In this document: in pieces, positions 10,781-21,043 of the stretch
How positions within the stretch are numbered: the stretch's first letter is position 1
How the letters are laid out: each line of letters begins with the position of its first letter
NCBI RefSeq assembly: GCF_006345805.1
Contig: NW_021833203.1
Span: forward strand, 1-28,800
DNA length: 28,800 bases
Direction of reading: 5' to 3'
DNA from: Octopus sinensis
Taxonomy: Eukaryota
Program-made: the position numbers and the translations under genes
Notes under the pieces: generated by a model
What the model was told of the DNA's origin: nothing
What the model saw: the letters and a program-made list of their open reading frames with translations, nothing else
The model's database searches: none

Positions 10781-11134
10781 TTGCATATTATATTTGAAAA
10801 TTTTTTACTTATATCTCTTTATCTTTTTCTATTACTGTATATCTCATTTTATATATGCCTTTACTCATATGTAATGGTGTATTAAAGTATTGATTGGGTA
10901 TCATCGGATAGTTGATGTTTTATTGATTTAAGTATGTTTCTCCATTCTCTAATTTTGTAGTATTAATTTACGGTAAGTTTATTACCTTTACCCATATAAT
11001 ACAATAGATGAACTGATTGTTTGACAATTTTTTAACATCTATGTATTAATCTTGTTGGGTACCTATCTGGCAGTATATTGGATATATATTATCCCATGGT
11101 GGGTTGAATTTTCAACCCCTATCTCATTTTATAA

Positions 11135-11137
<3 letters not shown>

Positions 11138-11181
<44 letters not shown>

Positions 11182-11193
11182 ATATATTATATA

Positions 11194-11226
<33 letters not shown>

Positions 11227-11252
11227 ATATACATATATGTGTGTGTGTGTGT
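11138..11252. repeat. (TA)n/(TG)n microsatellite
   Basis: Visible directly. Confidence 0.95.
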
Positions 11253-11257
11253 GGTGT

Positions 11258-11568
11258 GGAGCCACATGGCCTAGTGGTTAGAGCAGGGAGGGCTCACGGT
11301 CAACGGATTGCGGGTTCGAATCTCAGGCGGGTGATGTGTGTGTTTATGAGTGAAACACCTAAGCTCCACGCGGCTCCAGCAAAGGTAATGGTGAACTTCT
11401 GCTGACTCTTTCGCCACAACTTTCTCTCACTCTTTCCTCCTGCATCTTGCAGCTCACCTGCGATGGACCGGCATCCCGTCCAGGTGGGGGACCTGTATGC
11501 CAAGGAAACTAGGAAACCAGCCCTATGAGCCAAGCATGGCTCAAGAAGAAAAACAAACAAAACAACAA
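11258..11568 (+). mobile_element. tRNA-derived SINE, family C (V-domain-like)
   Basis: A-box TGGCCTAGTGG and B-box GGTTCGAATCT. The central CCTGCGATGGACCGGCATCCCGTCCAGG (11457-11484) resembles the V-SINE domain, and the tail is (AAAC)/(AAC). Confidence 0.8.
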
Positions 11569-11597
11569 TATATATAGATATATACATACTAGCAATG

Positions 11598-11644
<47 letters not shown>

Positions 11645-11826
11645 TAGCAATACGCCCTGGTGTTATGACCTACAGCCACATTGTATTATTTGTTCCTTTC
11701 TTATGGGCAGAATCGGCACACGAGGCATAAGAAGCAAACAACTCGTTTTTATGAACATGTTTTTGGGTCATTTTCTGATGAACAACGCTGCAGTTACTGT
11801 CCACCATATTTAGTCACAAGTCTGTT

Positions 11827-11922
11827 GTTGGCCTAGGGCTATAGTAGAAAACACTTGCCTAAGGTACCAATCAGAGGGACTGAAATGTGGAACCATGTGA
11901 ATGGGAAGCAACTTCTCAACCA
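11827..11922 (-). mobile_element. Degenerate family A SINE 5' fragment
   Basis: gggctatagtagaaaacacttgcctaaggtacc...gggactgaa...ggaaccatgtg. Confidence 0.7.
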
Positions 11923-11974
11923 AAAAGTCATTCTCAACCAAAAAGTCATAATATTACACAAGGAAAAAATATAG

Positions 11975-12845
11975 TCAGTCTTCTTTTGTAATTTCATTCA
12001 CATCTAATTTTTTTTTTATAGGAATATGAAATCTACCCTAGTATTTCACTGTTACATTATATTATCAGCCCCAGAAGGATGAAAAATACACTGCCTTCTA
12101 ATATAATCTTATATAATCTAGGGTGGTTTTTTTTTTTTATAGGAATATTAAATCTACCCCAATATTTCAATGAGACTGTATTTTGTCAACTCCAGAAAGA
12201 CGAAAAATTTAAGTCAGTCTTTTATTGTAATTCCATTCACATCTAGGATGTTTTATGGAAATATTAAATCTACCCCAATATTTCACTGGTACTTTATTTT
12301 ATCAAACTTAGAAGGATCAAGGTAAAGTTAGTTTTAAGCCTTCTGATATAATTCCATTCACATCTAGAATGTTTTATAGGAATATTAAATCTACCCCAGT
12401 ATTTGACTGATACCGTATTTTGTCAAAGACAGTGAGCTAGGCGAAATGCTTAGCAGTATTTCATCTGCCTTTATGTTCTGAGTTCAAATTCAACTGAGGT
12501 CGACTTTGCCTTTCATCCTTTCGGGATCGATAAATTAAGTACCAGTTGCATACTGGGGTCAATCTAATCGAGTGCCCCCGACTCCCAAAGCTTTTCGGGC
12601 CTTGTGCCGAGAGTAGAAAGGATACTGTATTTTGTCAACTCCAGAAGAATACAAAACAAAGTTAGTCTTTTATTATAATTCCATAATTTATTTTATCAAT
12701 CCCAGAAGGATGAAAGGTAAAACTTGTCTTAGTTTTCTATTATAATTCCATTCACATTTAAGATGTTTGTTTTATAGGAATATTAAATCTGCCTCAGTAT
12801 TTCACTTGCATATCATTCTATCAATCCCAGAAAGATGGAATGTGT
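11975..12845. repeat. Degenerate ~120-bp tandem repeat (about 6 units) derived from the family B SINE core
   Basis: AATCTACCC recurs at about 12030, 12151, 12267 and 12388, and again near 12786. Each unit contains ccccagtatttcactggtact..ttttatcaa..ccagaaggatgaaagg. Confidence 0.8.
12427..12620 (+). mobile_element. Family B SINE (variant tail) inserted in the satellite, with candidate TSD
   Basis: Flanked by GATAC(C/T)GTATTTTGTCAA at 12409-12426 and 12621-12638. Confidence 0.8.
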
Positions 12846-13039
12846 TAGTTGAATGTGGTAGAATTGAAGCTCAAAACATAAACAACCACATGTAGCAAAT
12901 GCATGCTCCCAATGTACTTCATGAAAGAATGCTACATGTTGCAGGTTCAGTTGCCATGTAGTGAACTGTTTCATTAGAAGACATCAACAACTGTGCTTAT
13001 TTATAGAAGAGATTATCAATCTGAGATATAGACCTCTGA

Positions 13040-13570
13040 ATCTAAAAAGACAATACATGTTGGATAGTGTAGTTCTAGATTTACCACGCCTGAATAAAAG
13101 ATGGGATGGTCACATCTGGAACATCTTTGATTATAGGTCTATCTCAACCAGGAGTAGTCTGTAGCTAAACAACAACTTTTAATGCTAACTATTATACTAT
13201 ACATTACATAATGTTGTCCTAGATACACCATGCCTGAATAAAAGATGGGATGGTCATTGATGGAATATGCTTAATCATTGATCTGTGTGGAGTAGGACTG
13301 ACTTCGGACTTAACAACAGCAACTATAGCCACTAATATAAACCACTATACTATACATTAGATAATGTACCGACAGGATGGCCACAGCTGGAACATCTGTG
13401 ATCATAAGTCTGTTGCACCAGAACTTACCTAGGGCTAAACAACTGCAATTACTATAGCCACAAACACTATCTACTATAATATACTTTAGGCAATGTAGTC
13501 CTGAATACACTATGCTTGAATAAAAGATGGAATGGCCACTGTTGGATCATCTTTGATCACCTGATTCTAA
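13040..13570. repeat. Degenerate ~141-144-bp tandem repeat (about 4 units)
   Basis: TGAATAAAAGATGG at 13091, 13235 and 13517, with a partially deleted unit at about 13376 (GATGGCCACAGCTGGAACATC). Confidence 0.75.
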
Positions 13571-13611
13571 GTAAATACCAAAACAGAAAAGGCTTTAAGA
13601 AAATTAAATAC

Positions 13612-13631
13612 CTGCTGCTGCTGCTGCTGCA

Positions 13632-13681
<50 letters not shown>

Positions 13682-13709
13682 CACCACCACCACCACCACA
13701 ACCACCACC

Positions 13710-13791
<82 letters not shown>

Positions 13792-13792
13792 G
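13612..13792. repeat. Compound triplet microsatellite CTG-CTA-CCA-CTA-TAA
   Basis: Visible directly. Confidence 0.95.
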
Positions 13793-13829
13793 TAATAATC
13801 CTCTCTACTATAGTCGCAAGGTAGAAAAT

Positions 13830-14000
13830 TTTAGGAGAAGAGTTAATTGATTACATCAACCTCAGTGTTTTACTGGTACTTATTTTATTGAGCCCAAATG
13901 GATGAAATGCAAAGTTGATCTTGGTGGAATTTGAACTCAGAACGTAAAGATAGGCAAAATATCACTAAGCATCTTGCCCGATGTACTAACAATTCTGCCA
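13830..14000 (-). mobile_element. Degenerate family B SINE
   Basis: actggtacttattttattgagccc...ggatgaaa...ggaatttgaactcagaacgtaaag...ctaagcat. Confidence 0.75.
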
Positions 14001-14011
14001 AATTGGTTTCA

Positions 14012-14216
14012 GATTTTGACACAAGGCCAGCAGTTTCGAAATAGGGGCTAATTCAATTACATTGATCCCAGTGATGAACAAGTACTTATTTAATCAACAC
14101 CATACGGATGAAAGGCAATGTCAACCCCGGCAGAATTTGAACTCAGACTTAAAGACAGACGAAATACCACTAAGCATTTTGTCACACATGCTAATGATTC
14201 TGCCAGCTCACCACCT
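14012..14216 (-). mobile_element. Family B SINE (variant tail)
   Basis: cacaaggccagcag...ggatgaaaggcaa...aatttgaactcaga...gacgaaatacc...ctgccagctcacc. Confidence 0.8.
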
Positions 14217-14221
14217 TAATA

Positions 14222-14253
<32 letters not shown>

Positions 14254-14370
14254 GGTGGTGGTGGTGGTGGTGTTGGTGTTGGTGGTGGTGGTGGTGGTGT
14301 TGGTGTTGGTGGTGGTGGTGGTGGTGGTGGTGGTGATGATGATGATGATGATGATGACGATGATGATGAT

Positions 14371-14590
14371 TCTTTTATTCTTTTACTTGTTTCAGTCATT
14401 TGACTGCAGCCATGCTGGAGCACCGCCTTTAGTCGAGCAAATCAACCCCAGGACTTATTCTTTGTAAGCCTAGTACTTATTCTGTCAATATCATTTGCCT
14501 AACTGCTTAGTTACAGGAAATAAACACACCAGCATCGGTTGTCAAGCGAATTTGGGGGACAGACACACACACACACAATATATATATATA

Positions 14591-14656
<66 letters not shown>

Positions 14657-14835
14657 GTATGTATATATATATGATGGACTTCTTTCAATTTCCATCTACC
14701 AAATCCACTCGCAAGGCTTTGGTTGGCTCGAGGGTATAGTAGAAGACACTTGCTCAAGGTGCCACACAGTGAGACTGAACCCGGAACCATGTGGTTGGTA
14801 AGTAAGCTACGTACCACACAGCCACTCCTGTGCCT
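14371..14835 (-). mobile_element. Family A SINE, full length
   Basis: Aligns to 97-504 and has a longer internal (TA)n. Confidence 0.9.
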
Positions 14836-14978
14836 ATAATGATAATAATGATGATGATGATTTTATTTGCCACAAGGGTACATTACATGATCACAATAAA
14901 AATAACAATAATGATAAATACTGAATGGTTATGAAAGTAATATGGAAGGAATATTAGAAATCATGAAATAAAAGTCAT

Positions 14979-15106
14979 TGTGGCAATGTGGTAAGAAGCT
15001 TGTTTCCCAACCACATGGTTCTGAGTTCAATCCCACTGCATGGGTACCTTGGGCAAGTGTCTCCTACTACAGCCTTGTAAATGGATTTCTTAGGCAGAAG
15101 CTCATT

Positions 15107-15151
<45 letters not shown>

Positions 15152-15391
15152 GTGTGTGTGTGTGAACTTGTGTATATATGTGTGTATGTATATATGTGTG
15201 TGTCATTGTGTTTGTTTGACTCTCACCACCGGTTAACTGTTGGTGTTGGTTTGCTTGCGTCCCTCGTGACTTAGCGGTTCGGCAAAAGCAGGCGGATAGA
15301 GAAAGTACGAGGCTTAAAAAAGTATGGGACCATTTCAAGGTGGTGCCCCAGCATGGCCGCAGTCTACTGATTGAAACGAGTTAAAAGATAA
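14979..15391 (+). mobile_element. Diverged family A SINE
   Basis: tggcaatgtggtaagaagcttg...gagttcaatcccactg...ccttgggcaagtgtc...gcatggccgcagtc. Confidence 0.75.
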
Positions 15392-15500
15392 ACGGGCGTC
15401 TTTATTTTTGTCAACTCACTCTCTCTATATATATCACTCTTTATATATATATATCATATATATACATATATACATACATATATATCATATACATACATAT

Positions 15501-15895
15501 GCGCCGGAGTGGCTGCGTGGTAAGTAGCTTGCTAACCAACCACATGGTTCCGGGTTCAGTCCCACTGCGTGGCACCTTGGGCAAGTGTCTTCTGCTATAG
15601 CCCCGGGCCGACCAATGCCTTGTGAGTGGATTTGGTAGACGGAAACTGAAAGAAGCTTCTCGTATATATGTATATGTATGTGTGTGTGTGTCTGTTTGTT
15701 CCCCTAGCATTGCTTGACAACCGATGCTGGTGTGTTTACGTCACCGTCACTTAGCAGTTCGGCAAAAAGAGACCGATAGAATAAGTACTGGGCTTACAAA
15801 GAATAAGTCCCGGGGTCGATTTGCTCGACTAAAAAAGAGGCGGTGCTCCAGCATGGCCGCAGTCAAATGACTGAAACAAGTAAAAGAATAAAGAA
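15501..15895 (+). mobile_element. Family A SINE, full length
   Basis: A-box TGGCTGCGTGG, B-box GGTTCAGTCCC, core and tail all intact. Confidence 0.9.
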
Positions 15896-16259
15896 AAATA
15901 CATATGAGTATGTGTGTGTATATATATATATCACTTTTGTAGTCTTTAAAAGCTAATTAAAGAACAAGAACAACAACAAAAATACAATGATTATTTCAAA
16001 TCTGTCATTGTTGGGAGCGCGAGGTGGTAGTTAATGGGATCGGCGGCGGCGGTGGTGGGGGAGGTTGCCACCAGTTCACACCGGAAGAAATTCAAATTGA
16101 ACATATTTTCAAAAGACAGCGTCACAAAAATATGACCGTTACTGACATCGTTTCGAGGCGAACATAATAATGAATGAGAGAGGAGGGAGGGGGGTAATTT
16201 GAGGGAAGAGAGGGTGGTTACGGGGGAGTGGTGTTAGGTGTTGGTGAAAGAGGCGATTG

Positions 16260-16620
<361 letters not shown>

Positions 16621-16957
16621 AAAACAGGGCAGGAGACAGTATTTGTGTGTAATGCGGGCTGGTGGGGTAGTGAGATATAGTGTAACGGGTGGAACGACTC
16701 ATCGGTTACACGATTAAACTAGAGTGTCTCTATGAGGTCGTCCCACCTGCTAGACATAGGAGTAAAACCACTTTCAAACAGATCGTTCTGTCTCACGAAG
16801 TTCACATTATTAGGTCATAAAAGTTACCCCAAATTTTGACACAAAGAAAAAAAGGTCAGGGCGGTTACTGAAGGATTTGCTTTTATCATAGCGCATACTC
16901 GGAGTTAAATGAATGTTATACTACTTTTGTAAACATGCGTCCCTTTTTTTTTTAATA

Positions 16958-17080
16958 CTTTTTACTTGTTTCAGTCACAAGACAGCAGCCATGCTGGAGC
17001 ACCATCTTGAAAAATTTTAGTCGAATGAATCGCTAAGTTACAGGGACGTAAACACACCAATACCGGTTGCTAAACGGTAT
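16958..17080 (-). mobile_element. Family A SINE 3' fragment with an internal deletion
   Basis: tttacttgtttcagtca...gccatgctggagcacc...gctaagttacagggacgtaaacacacc. Confidence 0.75.
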
Positions 17081-17135
17081 GTGTGTGCGTGGGGGTAACA
17101 ATAACACACACACACGCACTCTCACACACACATAC

Positions 17136-17173
<38 letters not shown>

Positions 17174-17373
17174 ATTTCGTTTTTGGATTTGGTTTACAAG
17201 GTTCTTTATATGAGTTCGTGTGTTGAACTATTGAAAAGGTTGCAAGACGCAACGAAAATTTTAGGAAAATAAAAAAAATAATAAAAAAGTGGAAATTTTA
17301 CCGGTGAGTCTGTTATATTATAAGGCACAAAAAGAAAATGATTCTCCCGAGACACAACAGAATATAATATATA

Positions 17374-17639
17374 TCTCTATATATAAAGATGAGAATGTGT
17401 GTGTGTCTGTGTCTGTCAGTGTGAATCTCTGAGAACTACACAACCAATTTCATTCAAATTTTACACATGTCTTAGGGTCCATGTAGTGTCATAGGCCCCA
17501 AAAATGTTTAACTTCTCGCCTAGTACGAACCCAGAGCAATATCATATCTTCTCCACTATTTCAGTATTACGTGTCAGAAGTAAAGAATAACATCTCTCTT
17601 TGTAAATTCAGATATTTTCACTTTAATAATTTCACTTTA

Positions 17640-17640
<1 letters not shown>
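17374..17640 (+). mobile_element. Helitron-like non-autonomous element 5' fragment
   Basis: Starts TCTCTATATATAAAGATGAG, followed by a (GT)/(GTCT) tract and CCAATTTCATTCAAATTTTACAC, typical of small rolling-circle elements. No clear hairpin-CTAG 3' end was found. Confidence 0.4.
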
Positions 17641-17673
<33 letters not shown>

Positions 17674-17756
17674 CTAGCAAAAACTGTCCGACGAACGGGA
17701 ACGTGAAACTCAGAGTAACAAGTTTTGTTGAATTTTCTGCAGCTTTAAATAAAGTA

Positions 17757-17803
<47 letters not shown>

Positions 17804-17807
17804 TATT

Positions 17808-17841
<34 letters not shown>

Positions 17842-17859
17842 ATATGCATGTGTGTGTAT

Positions 17860-18073
17860 ATGTTTGTGTGTGTGTGTGTGTGTCCCCAGCATCGCTTGAC
17901 AACCGATGCTGGTGTGTTTACGTCCCCGTAACTTAGCAGTTCGGGAAAAGAGACCGATAGAATAAGTACTAAGCTTACAAAGAATAAGTCCTGGGTCGAT
18001 TTGCTCGACTAAATGTGGTGCTCCAGCATGGCCACAGTCAAATGACTGAAACAAGTAAAAGAGTAAAAGAGTA
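17860..18073 (+). mobile_element. Family A SINE 3' half
   Basis: tccccagcatcgcttgacaaccgatgctgg...gactgaaacaagtaaaagagtaaaagagta. Confidence 0.85.
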
Positions 18074-18142
18074 GGCACAACTGGAGCATTTTTTATTATA
18101 ATTCTGCAGTAACACAATAACAATAATCATTATCATAATTGC

Positions 18143-18355
18143 TTCAAATTTTGGCACGAGGCCAGCAATTTTGAAGGATGGTGGTCAGACAATAATATTG
18201 AACCCTAGTACTTGAGTGTTACTTCATTTAATCGACCCAGAAAGAATGAAAGTTAAAGTTAGCTGACCTCGGCGGAAACTGAAATCAGAACGTAAAATGC
18301 CGGACAAGCTGGCTGACATTGTCCGACAATGTAGTAATCCTGTCAACTTGCCACC
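18143..18355 (-). mobile_element. Degenerate family B SINE (variant tail)
   Basis: ttcaaattttggcacgaggccagc...atcgacccagaaagaatgaaag...gacctcggcgg. Confidence 0.7.
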
Positions 18356-18459
18356 ATTTAGAAAAATTAGCTCAGCTATTTGTTAAATCCAAGAACCGAA
18401 CCAATTCTTGCTAAATGCCAAGTTCATCATCATCACCATCAACAACAACAATAATAACG

Positions 18460-18555
18460 GTTTCAAATTTTGGTAGAAAGCCAGCAATTTCGGGGGGAGG
18501 GCGATAGTCGATTATATCGATCCCAGTGCTCAAATGATATTTATTTCATTGACCT
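18460..18555 (-). mobile_element. Family B SINE 3' fragment (variant tail)
   Basis: ggtttcaaattttgg...ccagcaatttcgggggg...gtcgattatatcgatcccagt. Confidence 0.65.
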
Positions 18556-18685
18556 ATAAGTACTGCTGTGAGGAGAAGATCCTTGTAGCCATTCTACGCG
18601 ACATCTACTTCGTTGTAACAGATAGCTATCACGGTTCCATGTTGCCTTCTTTAACAGATTTACACAACTGAGGGTCTCATTTATA

Positions 18686-19240
18686 TTGGGTTGCCCGGAA
18701 AGATCGTGCCGATTTATAGTAGTTTACCTTTCGACTTACTTTAGAACATGGTTGAGAACATAAAATAGGATTTGACTACACTTCCATTTAAGAGCACAGT
18801 TTAAGCTATCTTTTCGTGGAAGAAGATTTCTGTTCCTATAACCTGTGTTAATTCTGTAACCCTTTAAGAAAGTTCATTTTCGGCACTTGATGCTTTGGGA
18901 ACCAGACAAAAATTGCTGCAGCTCGGCTGGGGTGTGTTACCCCACCCTCCATATTCACCAGATGTCGCTCCTTTGGATTTCCACATATTCAGGTCTCTGC
19001 AGAATAGTCTTAATGGTAAAAATTTCAATTCCTTGAATGATGTAAAAAGATACCTTGATGAATTCTTTGCCATGAAACCCCCTCAATTCAGGGAAGAAGG
19101 TATTTTCAAGTAAAAGGAAAGATGGAGATGCATTGTGCAACAAAATGGTTCATATTTGGTTGATTAAAAATGTAATGGCAAGTATTTATTGACCTTTTTC
19201 TTTCCTTTAAAAATCGGCACGAACTTTCCGGACAACCCAA
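18686..19240 (+). mobile_element. Internally deleted mariner DNA transposon (555 bp)
   Basis: 30-bp TIRs TTGGGTTGCCCGGAAAGATCGTGCCGATTT (18686-18715) and AAATCGGCACGAACTTTCCGGACAACCCAA (19211-19240), with 2 mismatches. TA target duplication at 18684-18685 and 19241-19242. Confidence 0.95.
18895..19167 (+). pseudogene. Mariner transposase C-terminal fragment
   Basis: GWGVLPHPPYSPDVAPLDFHIFRSL (the mariner YSPDLAPxD motif), one internal stop, then KERWRCIVQQNGSYLVD*. Confidence 0.9.
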
Positions 19241-19351
19241 TAGTTTTCTATTTAGAGAGGGGAAGAGTACTCTGCGCGATTGGTGCGCATCGCTTTCCCA
19301 TCTAAGATTGCCATTGACGCCAGGTCGGACAATATCATTCTTTCTTTTCTT

Positions 19352-19740
19352 TTCTTTTTACTTGTTTCAGTCATTTGACTGCGGCCATGCTGGAGCACCG
19401 CCTTTAGTCGAGCAACTCGACCCCGGGACTTATTCTTTTTGTAAGCCCAGTACTTATTCTATCGGTCTCTTTTTGCCGAACCGCTAATTGACGGGGACCG
19501 TAAACACACCAGCATCGGTTGTCAAGCAATGCTAGGGGAACAAACACAGACACAGAAACACACATACATATATATATATATACATATATACGACAGGCTT
19601 CTTTCAGTTTCCGTCTACCAAATCCACTCACAAGGCATTGGTCGGCCCGGGGCTATAGCAGAAGACACTTGCCCAAGATGCCACGCAGTGGGACTGAACC
19701 CGGAACCATGTGGTTGGTTAGCAAGCTACTTACCACACAG
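19352..19740 (-). mobile_element. Family A SINE, near full length
   Basis: Aligns to 15501-15895 as the reverse complement. Confidence 0.9.
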
Positions 19741-19819
19741 TTCGCATTCCCTTGCCATGGACGGGTGATCCATTGATTTATACAGTTTGCGGAGAATATT
19801 TTTTCCCCTTTTATTTATA

Positions 19820-20158
19820 TTTACCTGTTTCAATCATTAGACTGCGGCCTTGCTGAAGCAACGCCTTGAAGAATTTTTTTTAGTCGAATGAATCGATTCC
19901 AATACCTATATGTTTCTTAAACCTTCTTACTTATTCCATCGGTTAGTTTTGCCCAACCGCTAAGTTACGAGGACGTAAACACATCAAGGGCCGAGATGTC
20001 AAGCGGTGGCGGGAGACAAAGAAACGCCCCCCCCCACACACACAAACGACGGGTTTTTTTTTTTCAGTTCATTCCTACTGCGTGGTGTCTTAGCCGATTT
20101 GTCTTCTACTTAAGCTTCGAGTCGACCAAAGCCTTGTGAGTGGATTTGGTTGACGGAA
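19820..20158. mobile_element. Degenerate family A SINE pieces (minus 19820-20070, plus 20122-20158)
   Basis: tacctgtttcaatcattagactgcggcc...ccgctaagttacgaggacgtaaac; then gaccaaagccttgtgagtggatttgg. Confidence 0.65.
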
Positions 20159-20301
20159 GGTCGACTTAGCCTTTCATCCTTTCGGGGTCGATAAATTAAG
20201 TACCAGTTACGCACTAGGGTCGATGTAATCGACTTAATACCTATGTCTGTCCTTGTTTGTCCCCTCTGTGTTTAGCCCCTTGTGGGTAATAAAGAAATAG
20301 G
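20159..20301 (+). mobile_element. Family B SINE 3' part (5'-truncated)
   Basis: ggtcgacttagcctttcatcctttcggggtcgataaattaagtacc...gtgggtaataaagaaatagg. Confidence 0.85.
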
Positions 20302-20608
20302 AAACTGGGGAAAAAAAACAAGCAAAAAAAAAAAAACCGTCGTTTATGTGTAGTTGGGAATCGAACTTCCTTACGAGGATTTTTCATCGATGTTGTTGTA
20401 ATTGTTGTTGATGCTGTCCTTGTAGAGTATATTACTGTTGTTGACTGTTGTTGCTGTTAGCGCCATTGTTAATGCCGTTACTGCTGCTGCTGGTGTTACT
20501 GCCGACAACACTATTATTGTACTCGGTTTCGTTATTGTTTTTGTCAGAGTTCATACGGGTCATACTGGTTGTTATTGGTCTTGTTTTTAGCTATTGTCAT
20601 TGTTGTTG

Positions 20609-20640
<32 letters not shown>

Positions 20641-20864
20641 GGTGTTGTCGGTGCGCAGATTTTTTTTTTCTTTTCTTTCTTTTGCCAATTTCTCTGGGAG
20701 TGGCAACCGTCTCACATGATCGACTACTTTGGCTGAAGTTAAAGCACGCGGAGGCTTTGAACCAGGATGAAGTTTTTTTCCGGTGGAAATCTGGATACAC
20801 CTGAAAAACAATAGTTACAATTTCAGCGGCAAACATGCGTCCTACGTGTGATGCCAACAATGAT

Positions 20865-20925
20865 GATGATGATGATCATCATCATCATCACAATAATAAT
20901 AATAATAATGATAATAATAATAATA

Positions 20926-20963
<38 letters not shown>

Positions 20964-21043
20964 TAATAATAATAAAATATAATAATAATAATATAATAAT
21001 AATAATAATAATTAGAAGAAGAAGAAGAAGAAGAAGAAGAAGA
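20865..21043. repeat. (GAT)/(CAT)/(TAA)n followed by (AGA)10
   Basis: Visible directly; it forms the 5' flank of the LINE. Confidence 0.95.

Larger units (their letters stand above)
9002..10961. mobile_element. Fold-back element: two ~550-bp inverted arms (9002-9551 and 10408-10961), Penelope pseudo-LTR-like, around an ~855-bp non-coding spacer
   Basis: The arms are reverse complements of each other, differing by a few substitutions and 1-bp indels. Each arm contains a hammerhead core. Confidence 0.8.

Noticed and set aside
11258-11335. tRNA-like sequence with A and B boxes
   Set aside because: No clean acceptor stem, and it continues into a SINE body and tail, so it is a SINE head rather than a tRNA gene. 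The same applies to the family A and B heads.
12000-13570. Regularly spaced repeats that might suggest a CRISPR array
   Set aside because: The units are degenerate along their whole length with no unique spacers, the context is eukaryotic, and there are no cas genes.
15990-16230. GC-richer island with (GGC/GGT)n and CCGGAAG
   Set aside because: Isolated short motifs with no ORF, splice signals or CpG-island extent; it cannot be called a promoter.
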